A DNA stretch of 64,000 nt from assembly GCA_030390025.1 (NCBI GenBank), contig CM059432.1, positions 129,706,001-129,770,000 on the forward strand, in the 5' to 3' direction. The position numbers were made by a program, and so were the translations under genes. Source of the stretch: Squalus acanthias (Eukaryota). Each line of letters starts with the position of its first letter. Position 1 is the stretch's first letter. Under the pieces are notes generated by a model, which saw only the letters and a program-made list of their open reading frames with translations, was not told where the DNA came from and ran no database searches. Shown piece after piece: positions 37,915 to 50,519 of this stretch.

Positions 37915-39974
37915 GGCCTAGAAATTTGTGAATGCCACAAAAGCTGCCAGTGCCACCGCGGCCGGGTGTTAACGGCCGCCGAAAACTATTGCGCTGGCAG
38001 GACTAAAAAACTGGCGCTGGGGACTAACTAACATTAGCCCAGTGCTAAACTTACTGTGCAATGCCGTCCTGGGGGCGTTCTCCCAGCAGGAGGCCCAATG
38101 TAGCATGGTCGTAGCATCGTTGTACCTAGAGCAGCCTGTTCTGAAAGCAAGGCTGTCGTTTCAGAAAGCAGTGTTGGTCTCTTAAAGGGGAACTGCCTTC
38201 TGAAATGAAAAAATAAAAATCATGTAAAAATAGGCCGTTTTTAGCCCTTACAGCTCAACTGCTTTCTGAAAAAAAATGAACATTAAAAAGAATTCCAAAT
38301 GGGAGTCTTCAGCTTTTAAAGCTGAATTCCCTTCCGCACCTAAAAAAATGGTAAAAGTGCTTCAGCACTAACACAAATGGCTCAGCAAGCCAGGGAAGGG
38401 GCACCCAGGGTCTCGCACGCAGCACTCCAGCATTGTACAGGGGGGTGAATGCATCTTCAAAAACAGTCTCCTACCAACTACACCAGTAGCCTCACACACT
38501 GCCTAATGCATGACCCCCACCTCCCATTCCTAGCTTCACCTCACCCCCTTGGAGGAGATGGTGCTGGCCATTCTTGGCAGGGGCATAGCTGAGCCCTTGG
38601 CCAGTGGTGGGGCTGAAAGAATACAAGATGCTGGTATCCTCATACACTATCCTCCTTCTCACATGCATCTCTTGCTTTCCCACACTCCCCTCACCACAAC
38701 TCCACCCTTGTGCCTTCCTCATTTCAGACACCCAAGAATTGCAGCTTGCTCAGCCAGTGGGTGACCAAGAAGAGGGAGAGGAAAGAGAAGAAGAAGAAGA
38801 AGAAGAAGAAGAAGAAGAAGAAACACTCTCACTCAATTTCACACTCACAGCCACTGGCTCCTCTAGGACGACCTGCAAGGCCATTTGCAGTGTCCCTACT
38901 GAAAGTCAGCAGCCTTCCACCAGCCATGCTGCAACCACTGGAGTAGCACTGCTTGACATCAGTAGGATAGGCAAAGGCACACACAAAACAATCACTAAGG
39001 GAATGCATAAGGGTGATTAGTTGATTTCTTGATGTCTTATTGGATGGATAGATGTATAAAGTTGGATTGGAAAGTTTGCTTTGTGGTGGCTTTTATTTCA
39101 GCATTGTGGTCAAGAAGACATTGTGATGGTCAGTAACAAAGGGAAGGTAAGGTGTGGGACAAATGTTGAAAGGGGAATTGGGGTTATGGTCACTGGTACT
39201 GCAGGCGGATGATTCCATCCCGGATATCCCGGCCAGAAAGGGGCTGTCTGGGCTGCATCTTTTTTTCTGCTTCCTCCTCTTCTGCTTCCTCCTTTTCCAC
39301 TTATGCCTCTTCTGCATCTTCCTCTTCCCTCTGCGAGCGGATGCTGTAAATCTGAAATGAAAGCATAAAACACTGGAAATACTCAGCCAGTCAGGCAGCA
39401 TCTCGACCTGAGACGTGAACTCTGTTTCTCTCTCCACGGATGCTGCTTGACCTGCTGAGTATTTCCAGCATTTTCTGTCTTCTCAGAGGCCTTCTTTTAC
39501 CATCGAGACCTTGCTAGCATCCAGCAGCACTCCCTGCACTTCCTGCACACTTAAAAAACTTTTAACATGTATTGCACCAAGCCACTACTTCAATAAAATC
39601 AAACAAATCCAGTCCAAAAGCTTAAATGCAAACTTACCTGAAAGATGTGTGTGTCCATTTAAGAGCTGCTGACTGCATCTCTGTCAGTCTGCTGCATGCT
39701 TGCTTTTCTGAGCGTGCTTAGGACCCAGTGCTGAACTCAGCGCTAAGATCGGAGTTCGCTGAGGTGACGTTATGTCGGTGTTGAACACTGCCTGACATCA
39801 GCCTCTCTTCATTTACAGCTCCACGGCCAGCACTGCTACCGGCAGCACTAGGGCCCTCAGCAAAATGGCGGCCGGTGAGTCCCGCGCCAGAGAAGGGTGG
39901 TAGAGTGGCAGCCACCATTTCTTGCCATGATTCCAGCGCTAACGGGTGGCACTAAGATAAGGAATTTCTAGGTC
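37915..39974. mobile_element. Internally deleted Harbinger element with a nested PLE fragment (~39340-39480)
   Basis: TIRs GGCCTAGAAATT / AATTTCTAGGTC, TSD AAT/AAT. Interior resembles pieces of 40.1-44.1 kb (Myb exons, (GAA)n acidic tract, convergent 3' ends). Confidence 0.8.
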
Positions 39975-40461
39975 AATCTTTTTAAATAATACATAGAGTT
40001 GCTTACAAATATCAATGCTTTATTTTTCCATGTGGTGTGCATTTGTTAACTGTGTCTGTAGGAAAGATGTTTTCCTGTCTGCAAGTGTGAACTGGAGATT
40101 TTGCTCATCTTTCTATTGTTCCTAGATTTATACATATTGGTCTAGAAATTGGATATGGCCATGAAACGGGCAGTGTTAAGACCCAACGATGTTAAGCTGT
40201 GCCAGATCAAAATGGTCTAGGTAGCACGCAAAATTCGTGCTCCGTCCTCATTAACATGATTGTAGTTTGATTTCAGCACTAAAACCACTGCTCATTGGCT
40301 TACCGCTCAACAGGTGGGCCAATATCGGGTCCAGTCTAATTTCCAATCATGTTTGGCACTGGTTTTATTCAATACTTAAAGGGGAGGTACATTGATGCTA
40401 CAGCACCTCATTGTCAACCCAGTTCCAACTTCAGCTGGAAGAAGACAGCAGTGGAAAGCAC

Positions 40462-42254
40462 ATGGCGGAGCCTCAGCACAGGGAGAGAGCCTGCAGATTC
40501 TCTGATGTGGCTCTTGAGGCACTGGTCATGGCCATGGAGAGGAGGCGGGCTCTCCTCTTCCCTCACCACACACCTCACGAAGGCTCTGGCAGGAGATAGC
40601 TGCCAATGTGATGGCCAGCACTGTGGTACCAAGGTTGGCCATCCAGTGCCAAAAGAAGTTTAATGACCCCACACAGCAGGTCAAGGTGAGCGAAGGCTTC
40701 AGCAAATGCCAGATCCCACCATCTGCACCACAAGCCTCACATACTGCTCAATGCACCACACCCCCATCACTCACTTACCAACAATCTCTACCTTTCACCA
40801 CTCAGACCTCATGATCATGGCTTCACTTCACTCTCACAACATTACCACTGCTGCAACACTCACATCCACATCTCACACCTTGCTCACACTGACAGCTATT
40901 CAACTGTGGCAGGCACATCACCCATATACATTGCACCACATTCACTGACACACTTCTCTTTCTCTTTCTGGTGCATAATCAGAGAGAATAGCGGCAGACA
41001 GGCAGGGGCAAGCTGCCATCCAGGACCTCAGCCAGCTAGAGGAGAGAGTACTGGAGATCATTGGGTGGCAGATAATGAAGGCCATGGCAACCAGCGAGGT
41101 TGAAGCCCTTGGGGACAACAACGGTATGCTCATTCCTAATCTTCCTTCTCACATCCCACTTCCCCCTCATCCCACAATCTCTTCTCACTTTCAAGCTGCT
41201 GATGCTGTATGCATGAATATCTTGCTTTCCCCGCCCACCTTCCCCTCACCATAACCCGACTCTTGTGCCTTTCTGCTTTCAGCTAATCAAGACCAAGCAC
41301 CCGAGCAGCCTGTCCGAGGTGCTGTAGGAGATCGAGGGGAAAGAAGAAGAAGAAGAAGAAGAAGACACTGCGTCACTGCATCTGTCACTCGCAGACACCA
41401 GCTCAGAAACTGGCATTGCACATACCTTACAGGCTAGTGTAGAAGCGGGATCTCCACAGGGTGAGGCACCGAGCACAAGTGGGTTTCAGCAAGGCCAAGG
41501 GGGAAGGGTAGCTCGGGGCCAGCTCCCCGGAGGGTGAGTTTGTGCGAGAGTTCTGCTGCACATGACTCAGATGAGGACCTCGATGGGGGGGGGGGGCTTC
41601 AGAAGAAGGGTGTTGGGCAGGCACACTGAATTGCTAGATGCAAGGGCAATCCTGGCACACAGCCCCTTGGCAATGTCAAGGAGCATGGAGAAGTCCACCT
41701 CCAACATTGCACAGGGCTTTGCGCAGAGCTTGGAGCCCATGATTTCCAGGCTGGAAATGATGGAAAACTCCCAGAGAGACCGTGTCAACTCAGACATGAT
41801 GCAATGTGTGATGGGCGATGTCGCGGCTGCCATAACAGCACAGGCGGAAACGCAGGCCGGTCTCATGAAGTCTCAGCTTGATGCCACCCAAGCTTAGACT
41901 GCTGCCTTTGTGGCTGGGTTTACCACTGTCGACCGGGGCTTGCAGGGTGTCACAGCAGCCCAGCAATCTGTGCTCCTGCTGTCCTTTCTCAAGATGACAG
42001 CATTCCTGTTCCCACCACTGCAAGTGCCCTTGCCGGTGCCTGTCAGCCAGCCAGCCCAGGCTGCTGCCGCCCATGCCAAGGTGGTGCAGTCTACAGCCGG
42101 GGCCTTTAGGGCCACAGCTGCTCGAGATTGTCCCCAATGGAAACTCAGCAGCCTTCCACCAGCCATGCTGCAGCCACTGGGAGACCACTTCATAGGAACA
42201 CTAGATCAGGAAAGGGCACCCGAACGAGAGGCACTAAGGATTGCACAAGGGTGA
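40462..42254 (+). pseudogene. Harbinger Myb/SANT-like DNA-binding protein gene, apparently three exons, disrupted
   Basis: MAEPQHRERACRFSDVALEALVMAMERRRALLF..QCQKKFND. Donor AAG|GTGAG at ~40685, donor ACG|GTATG at ~41123, acceptor TTTCAG at ~41282; acidic tract. Confidence 0.8.
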
Positions 42255-42419
42255 TAAGTTCATATCGTAAGTCTAAATATGTGTCAATTGATTTTGGATA
42301 AATTTATAAATTTTGTTTGGAATCTTTAGTGGTGTCTCTCATTTCAGCTTTGTGCCCAGGAGGACGCTGTGATATTCCGTGACAGAGGGATGGTATGATG
42401 GGGATGTGGTGAGCAATGG

Positions 42420-43540
42420 GGATCTGGGGTTTCATTCATTGGAATCAGAGTCTGATGAGGCCTTCACAAACAGCCCATCCAGAAGGGGGATTGGCTGCCT
42501 GCCTCCTCCCTTCCGCCTCATTCTCTTCCTCTTCCTCTTCCTCTTGCTCATCTTCCTCTTCCTTTTCTTCCTCCTCCTCCTTTCTCTCATCCTCCTCCTG
42601 AGGTGGTCCCACAATCCCTGGTGGCAAGGGCTGCACCCTCATGATGGTCAAGTTGTGAAGCATGCAGCAGACCAGCAGGAAATGGGACACCCGCTCCGCC
42701 AAGTACTGGAGGGCTCCTCCCGAGCGGTCAAGGCAGCGGAACCGTTGCTTCAGCAGCCCGATGGTCTGCTCGATGATGTTCCTGGTGGCAGCATGGCTCT
42801 CATTATATGAGTACTGGGCACAAATGTTGGGGTTGCCGAGGGTAGTCATCAGCCAGGTGCAGAGCGGATATCCCTTGTCTCCGAGCAGTTTTGCTGTGGT
42901 GGCTGAAAGGTTGCTGGCACAGCGGACTGATGCAGGATAAAGGCATCATGGCTGCTGCCAGGATAGTGGGCATTGACCATCAGGAATCACTGGACGTGGT
43001 CGCATACCAACTGCACATTAAGCGAATGGTAGCCTTTGCGGTTACGGAAGATCTCAGGATTGTTATACGGCGCCCGCAAATCCACATGGGTGCAGTCGAT
43101 GGCACCCTGCACCATGGGAAAGCCCGCTATCCTGACAAAGCCACATGCGTGCTCCTCCTGCTTCTCTCTGCTCAGAGAGAAGAAAATGTAGTCCCTTCTC
43201 CTGACTCAGTGACCTCCCGGATGCAGCGATGGACGGCGAACTGTGAGATGTTGACTATGTCTCATGCTGCAGACTGGAAGGATCCACTGGTGAAGAAATT
43301 GAGGGCCACGGTGACCTTGAGGGCCACTGGGAGAGCCGTGTTCACCCTACTCTGAGGCTGCAGGTCTGGTTGCAGGAGGTGGCAGAGTTCTGTGACCACC
43401 TCCTTGGTGAAACGGAGCCTCCTAATACACTGTTCCTCGCTTAAGTGGATATAAGAGGAGTACTCTCTGAAGACCTTAGGTGGGCAAGGCCTCCTGTTGA
43501 GAGCCCTCCTCCTCTTTCCTCCGTCTGCGGGCATCTTCTC
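42420..43540 (-). pseudogene. Harbinger (HARBI1-like) DDE transposase, disrupted
   Basis: LSEEQCIRRLRF, ALPVALKVTVALNFFTSGSFQ, GFPMVQGAIDCTHV, FRNRKGYHSLNVQLVCDH, YPGSSHDAFIL, LLGDKGYPL, TRNIIEQTIGLLKQRFRCL, CCMLHN. Confidence 0.93.
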
Positions 43541-44791
43541 GTCTTCTTCGCTGCCTCTGCTCCCCCTCCCTAAGATACTCGAGCGCAAGGGGGACTGCCT
43601 CATGACTGTGAGCAAGTGTTGTGAGCAGAAGCCTTTAAATAAGAATGAAGGCGTTCTCCACTTGCAACAACACTCCCTGTTACCTTAGAACCTTGAAAGA
43701 AGTTAATAAAGCTGCTGGAGTTGCAGAAAGTTGCACAGAGCCAGTTAAACTGCAGAAACATGTCAGCTGCAAGTAGTTGCTGATGATCCCTTTAAATACC
43801 ACTGCTGGAGCCTCCTTCCTGCTCATCAACGCTCGCTCAGCTGGCCACACTTAAGGCATGCTGGTAAGTGGAGTGGTGAAGTCAAAACTCGCAGATCAAG
43901 CGTCAAGTGAGCGTTGCACACTCACTGACATCACGATCTGCATAATCTACATATCCCTAGTGAGCACGGACATCGGCAGCGCTGCCGGCCATCCGAAAAT
44001 GGCGGCCGCCGAGGGACCCGGCGGCAGCGAGCGGAAGAGCAGCGGTTGCCATTTTTTTTGCCCAAATCTGGCGGTAATGGGTGGTGCTAAACCCCCGAAT
44101 TTCCAGAGGATTGTTTTTGGTTGAAGTCATTGTGCAGGGACATCTTAATGCCTAATGAATGCATTAAGTAATGGTCATAAACATGCAGTTTTCCAGGCCA
44201 ATTTCATAAATATATTGTGCACACTATTAAGACCTGCTAAAATTGGATCTTAAAAGTGGTGATATATATAGGAAGGTTGAACTGCACCTAATTGCACTAA
44301 AACAGCTATTTTGTTTCTGTGCAATGGAAAGCAGGGCAAAGAAAGTATTGGAAGGACCATGTGGGTCCTTAATATGTTTTTGGAGGCTAATAATTGCTGT
44401 TGTATCAATTTCAGTTGTCAAAGCAAACAGTTCCTCACTGCAGTCAGTGATTGAGGGCTAATTTGGAAACCAATTCTGCAGGGAACACAGGAGTAGTGAA
44501 GGTGTCAGCTGTACTCAACTTGTATGTTGCAAATACTTTCATGCATTTGTGTCACCCAGTCCATTATATCCCATTAAATAGATCAGGTGACTGCTGCTTG
44601 CATTCACACAAGAGATCACCAACACTCTTTTTCTCCAGAAGAGCAGAAAAAAATCTCTGCTGAATTGTCATACAAATAGCAGTTTGCCCCAGTATCCTGG
44701 ATCAAGGCCCTCTGACCTGAACAATACATGTCATTAAGGTAAAATCCTTCTCCGCTCCAGTCGAAATTGTCTGTTTCTTATTTGTTCAGTA

Positions 44792-44886
44792 ATTATATCA
44801 CATGTTAGTAACTATACCATATGTTAGTAACTATACCATATGTTAGTAACTATATCACATGTTAGTAACTATACCATATGTTAGTA
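44792..44886. repeat. Tandem repeat, 19-bp unit, ~5 copies
   Basis: (ATGTTAGTAACTATACCAT)n. Confidence 0.9.
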
Positions 44887-45239
44887 CAGGAAACTCTTTA
44901 TTAACCGGCACCCAAATATCCGGAAATCTCTCTTAACCGGCAAAATTCTTGAGTAGGTAACCGGGGTTTTCCTTCATCTCTCGTTTAAAATTAACTTAAA
45001 AAAAAAACCCCGAGGCGTTTGCCTTGTATCGGAGCGTGTAGATTGGGAGGGGAATGTGCAGCCCGGGTAGGCAGATGGTCAGTTGGCGGTCCCCGGGGAG
45101 ACGGAGCTCCGAATGCAGGCGCATGTCAATGTGTACGGGGCTCTCGTACGTTGGGAGATATAACTCTCCGTTATCCGGACTTTTTGATTAACCGGCACCA
45201 CGCCGGTCCCGTCGGTGCCGGTTAATAAAGAGTTTCCTG
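44887..45239. mobile_element. Tc1/mariner (Tigger-like) MITE, young
   Basis: Perfect 26-bp TIR CAGGAAACTCTTTATTAACCGGCACC with a TA TSD. Related to 21705-21964. Confidence 0.9.
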
Positions 45240-46692
45240 TAACTACATTATATGTAGTTTCTTTCTTATTGTGTAAAACAAGCGATAGTAGCGAGTCGGC
45301 AGTCCATTTTACACATCTCCCAATTGACTTCAATGGAAATAAAAATGGGGCGAGATATAAAATGGTCTGCTGGCCCGCTGTGGCCCATTTTACACTATCG
45401 CACAAAGTCAACATCTACCCCATTGATCTATCAAGTTTGATTTTTGTTCCTCGAGGCATAATAATCAGATATCTTTACATTTTGATGTGACCTGTTTCTC
45501 TGTTATTTTTTGTTTCCCTTTCTGGGACAGCAATTCTCGAACCTTGTAGCACCCCTCAAGGCATCTTTTAATGCCTCCGGTGTAAGGGTGCTGGATAAAC
45601 CAGCCTGTGTGACCACCAACAGCATGATTACAGATGGTTATTGTAGACTGATGGATCTTGAGCAAACAGCACAGACAACAAGGGGCAAAAAAAAGGCTTT
45701 TTATTGAATAAATTATATTTTGGTCATGAAATTGAATAACTAGAAAACTGGGAGGTCCTTGAGCCTGGGCCTTGAATTCCACACCGATTGTCTGACTTGG
45801 CATCCCCTCCAGTTAGGCTCCATGCCAGGAGTGCTAACAAGTAAACCTTACCCCATGGTCTCTGGCAAGCATTGTGCATAGTTGGCCTGCTTGCTTTTGA
45901 ACAACTTTTATGTGGCCATGATTAATTAGACTAACTGCACAGGATGTAAAAAGATAAATCATTTTCTTAACAATTTCCAGACTGCTAGGGTGCAGCCCCA
46001 CAACTTTATAGGTCCCTTTGACAGCCTCCCAGGCTAAAAGTCATGTGTTGGCCATAAATCATGTCATTACCAGGTAACCCACGCCATTATTTTTCAGTTT
46101 AACTGGATGTGGCATGATTGTCATTGAGTACAATGGAGGGTTGAGCGGCGAGAACGGATTTTTATCGACTTCGGCGAGGCTACAGCCAAGCAGCACAAAC
46201 ATGCCAGCAAACTATGGAGCAACCCAACTCGCGGCATAACTCACGTAACTCGCTTCCTTCCTGGGACTTTTACGTATTAACAATGGCGCACACCGTTAAT
46301 ACGTCCTCATTATGGTTACTATGGCGCCCGTTGGCAGCAAATTCAAGCCCAATGTTGCCCTTGGATACACAGCTTTGTTAGTCTGAGAAGGATGAACTGT
46401 GTGATGTGGACTACTCTAGAGGTGAGAAGCACTGAGCTGAAAGCTCTTCAGATGTGGATCTGACACGTTCAAATGGAACGAAGCAAGTTCCCAGCAGTTT
46501 TAAGAAATTAAAAAGTGAAATTTAGAGAGCAACTGAAAAGCTGAACTTTTAGTCTAAGTTAAAGCTTGCTGAAAACAAGCTTGTTTGCATCCAGAGCATT
46601 AACAATGTGTTGGTTATGGGGAATCAAAAAGTCTATTTGTAGAGCATTGAACCCCAAGACAACCCCTCACTGAGTTTACGCATTAGAGTCTA

Positions 46693-47584
46693 GGGGGGAG
46701 AAATTCAGTATCGCCCCATTTGGGGCGCAATTATCGGCCGGGCGCAAAGATAAGCGCCTGGCGCTAATTATCGCCACCGACTGCAAACTTGACTTTTATC
46801 GCCCCTGGAGGTGATTGGAGCGCTAAATCAGGCGCTTCACACCTGTCTTAAGGCGCAAAGGCCGAGGAGCGAGGCGCTACCTCAGAGCGCTGGCGAAGCT
46901 CATGTGATGTCAGTCAGCAATGGAACACACACACAATGGCACCGGCCAGTCCTTAAAGAGGATGGTTGATCTTGCTTTCCATCCACATCCTGCTCATTGC
47001 AGCCTTGAATCTCTGCCTGGAGAGACCTGCACATCAAATCTGCTGGAAAGAACAATGGAGAGTACCAGGGAAAGAGCTCAGAGTGCAGCCCCCACAGTCT
47101 CTTCTAAATCGATACAAGGAATGGCAAATCAAAATGAACCTGCAAAGTGCTGCTCAGTACCTAAAACTCCTTCACACAGCGTTGAATCTCTCCAGAAGTC
47201 TCTCTCTCTCTCTCAGAATGCGTGGTTCAAAAATGGCACCAACAATAAAAGGCAGGAAGCGGTCGCCTTTAAATAGCGCTCCCCCAGTCCCTTCATGACT
47301 GCAATTCGCTCCCCTCAACCTGTCGTTGCTAGCGTCAGGCGGTAAGGCAGGGGGCGCCACTCAATATCTGCTCAGGGCGATACCGGGGCGTTGCACACTT
47401 GACTGACGTCACGATCTGCCGGCGCAGGAGATCGTGGCGGTAGTGTTTAGCGCTGCCGCAAAATGTCTAGTTAATTTCGCGAGCGGCGCAAACATCACCG
47501 CGCCTGGGCGCTAGATGCTTTGCGCCCCATTAGCGCCCTCTTAAGGCGCTAACGGGAGGCGCAACCAACTGAATTTTTCCCCCC
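46693..47584. mobile_element. Harbinger-type non-autonomous element
   Basis: TIRs GGGGGAGAAATTCAG / CTGAATTTTTCCCCC flanked by CTA/TAG; GC-rich subterminal regions. Confidence 0.8.
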
Positions 47585-47801
47585 TAGATTTCACATTGGA
47601 GTTGTATTGGCTTCCTGGCTTAAATCCAAGGAAATACTGTGGAAGTTTCTTCAGGCTCTATTGTGCCAGCTCATTGCATTTTCTGGAGTGGGACTAGTGG
47701 GAGTGGGAGTGGGACTGGCTGAAGTGCTCTTGCAGAGAGCCAGCACGGGCTCAACAGGCTGAAAGGTCTCCTTCTGTACTGTAACCAATCAATGATTCTA
47801 T

Positions 47802-48540
47802 GGGGGCAAAATTGGGTTGTGCCCTCTTTGGGGCGCTAACTTCGCCAGGGCGCTACTTTTAGCGCCCCGAAAAAGTTAGCGCCCCCAGCGCCCGAAATTC
47901 ACTGGTAGCGCACCAAGAGGGAGGCGGGGTGCTACTGAAAGCGCCTCGCCTCCCTCTTGAGGCGCTGCGAGTGAATATCGCGGCGCTACGTGCAGCAGCG
48001 CCATGTGGTGTGGCACGTCGCGCCACGGTACTGCAGGCTTACCTCCCCTTATTAAAGGGGAGGGGCCTAGCGCAGCGCTACCCGGGGCCCAGCTGGGCCA
48101 CCAGGGATCGGAGTGCCGGCAAAAGAGCCCGGCATGCAAGAGAAGTGCCAGGCTCACGGAAGGCAGCTGGCACCCCGTGGTGGGGGGGGGGGGGGGGGTG
48201 CTGCACAGGAGGCCGGGGACAGCAATGGGGGCAGGAGCTGGCAGGTGGCCAGCAACAAAAAATGGCCGTCCGGCACCTACCCTTTAATTTGCGCCGCCCC
48301 TGCCAAAGGTAGGCCCTCTTCACCCTGTCGGACATAGCGTCTGGTGGTAAGTCAGGGGGTGCTACCAAAGATTGCGGCCGGGGTGTTGCGCACGGTGATG
48401 ACGTCATCGCCAGAGGCCCAGCGCCGCGGGGCGCTAATGGTTACCGCCGCCGCTAACCTCCCGCTGAATTTCACGGGCGGCGTTAGTGGTGCCGCGCCCA
48501 GGTGCTAATGGGAGGCGCAAATCAACCAAATCTTTCCCCC
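47802..48540 (-). mobile_element. Harbinger-type MITE (family M2) inserted into a CR1 3' tail
   Basis: Reverse-complement relative of 29516-30191; flanks TAT/CAT. The CR1 tail repeat ATGATTCT continues on both sides (47700-47801, 48541-48557). Confidence 0.82.
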
Positions 48541-48640
48541 CATGAATCTATGATTCTGCTTGAAGTGATGTTGGGTGTATAACACATCCATGCAGTTTGA
48601 TGGGTTTATTAAAATTACACACATGTGGCAGGAATACAAT

Positions 48641-49411
48641 GGGCCGTAATTTGCAGCCCCTATGGGTGCACATGAGGTGCGCACGCGCCCGTAAGTGTCT
48701 CACAAGTTCCAGGTTTAGGCATGCACTGCGCAAGCGCTAAAACCCGGAACTTGCAATCTACTAAGAATTGTCTTGACAGATCCTCCACATCCCCAGGAAA
48801 AGGGCATCCGCGGGCAGAGAGTTAGGCTATTTGTCCAACTTCTGCCCAGCGAATGCCCGTGAAATTCTTATGCCTGGCAAAAGCAGGCATAAGTCTTGCT
48901 TTTACCAGCGTAAGAGTTTTAACAAACAGAAAAATAAAAAATGTTCAATAATTTATACATTTAAAAACCTGTGAAATAAGGTAAGTTTATTTTTAGCCCC
49001 TTTAAAGCATGTAAATTTATTTTTCTAAAGAATAAATTTTATGTTTTAAATATTTAATTAAATGCCATTTTAATTAATTTTAAATATGTGATTTAAAAAA
49101 AAAATTATTTGAAGTGTATAGGTATTTTTTGGGGTATTCCCATTCATACTTATGGGGTTTCCATACATACAGAACCTCCATAAGTATGAATGGGGATTCC
49201 CTTGTTTGATTGGTTGGGCCAGCCCACGTAATCCCAGGGGCGCTTGCGAACCGCCTGTGCTCCTGGGATACATGGGCCTCTGTGCAGGCCTACGCGTAGA
49301 GGCCCAGGAGCGCGAGTCTCCGTGGACCCCGAGGTAGAAGGTGAGTTCGTAGATTTTTTGCCGGTCGGAGGCATCCGCCCGCGGGACGCCTCCGACCGCA
49401 AATTCAGGCCC
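48641..49411 (-). mobile_element. Harbinger-type MITE (M1-related subfamily)
   Basis: TIRs GGGCCGTAATTTGC / GCAAATTCAGGCCC, TSD AAT/AAT, colinear with 18865-19628. Confidence 0.85.
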
Positions 49412-49774
49412 AATGTATTTCCCATCATTTGCACCTTAACAAAAGTGAGTGCAAGGGTACACCTGTTTTGTCCTGGCATCCAGCTCTGCTAATGGGTGGC
49501 AGAGGGGCAATTTAAGGCACAGAAAGGCTTACAAGGCAGTCGAGTGCATAGGCTGTGGTGCTTTGAATTGTTTTTTTAAACTTCTGCTTCTTTAGCCAGT
49601 TGGCCATGTTAAGCTGCAGCAGTCCTCGGAGGAGGCCCCCTGCAGCTAATCTCCAGGCGCATGACCCTGACCTGGAAAAATCGGCTGGCGAGGGAAGCAC
49701 ATCTTTGTGGTGGGCGGATTTCTTGCCCCTCTGAAGCTGTGCCCAGTGGCAAATTCTGGCCAAGGTCTGTACCT

Positions 49775-50436
49775 TGTCAGCAGTCAACCTCCTTCTTCTC
49801 CTCTGGTTCACAACAACATGTTTCGAGTAAGCACGAGACTTGGTAGTAGAGTATACGGAACAGACTTTATTGATACACAGTAAAGGTGATCGCCCTTTAA
49901 CTGTATACAGAGGGTGGCTTTTCGGTTATAAGTTCTATCTTTCGAGCATGCTGAGATACTGTTGAAAACCATGATCCTTTATACACCATATTTTGAATAC
50001 ATCAAAGGGAAATGTCATAGATAAGACTGTATGACGTATCTATTCCCCAAATCATTTGAAAACAGACTATTCATGTAAACAGTTGTAGATTGTTTACTTC
50101 AAAACTACTTCCCCTAAACAAGATATCCTGACAGTAACAGTTACTAACATCTTTGAAGAAAAAGCTTTACCAACTGCTATCTGTAGCTAATGAATTCCTC
50201 CTACCCATGTTTATTACCCTAAAACTAAAGTTATATTTATTACCTACTCTTATTTCCTTACACAAGCACGTTACATATCAGAAGACAAGCCATGCTTTCT
50301 CCTCACGACACTTCAAAGTTATCCTGTTTATATTGGAAAGCCTGGAGAGCCTGTTGCTTCAGGACACAAAGAAGTTTGACTGTTAACCCTTAACTCCCCA
50401 AGATGTCCAATATACATCTCTCCAGGATGTCCAACA
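49775..50436 (-). mobile_element. Probable solo LTR (~660 bp)
   Basis: TGT...ACA ends; flanks TACCT/TACTT. TTTATT at ~49866 and CCTTTATA at ~49976 correspond to a polyA signal and TATA box on the minus strand. Confidence 0.6.
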
Positions 50437-50519
50437 TACTTATGGGCAAAGTTTACACATGTGAATCCATGCAATAGTACAAAGGTCTCAGCAGGTTCTC
50501 ATAGAAATAACAGTTAGCT

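Larger units (their letters stand above)
40139..44109. mobile_element. Near-complete PIF/Harbinger DNA transposon (~4 kb), inactivated
   Basis: Left end GGTCTAGAAATT, degenerate right end AATTTCCAGAGG, TSD ATT/ATT, two convergent genes. Confidence 0.88.

Noticed and set aside
38780..38822. Poly-Glu / poly-Lys ORFs from (GAA)n
   Set aside because: Expanded acidic-tract microsatellite of the dead Harbinger Myb-like gene.
42420..43615. Host HARBI1 gene
   Set aside because: Frameshifted, enclosed by TIRs and a TSD, and paired with a Myb-like ORF, so it is a transposon copy rather than the domesticated gene.
45531..45707. Plus-strand acceptor followed by an open frame (QFSNLVAPLKASFNASGVRVLDKP..)
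   Set aside because: No convincing donor and no recognisable homology; cannot be supported without RNA data.
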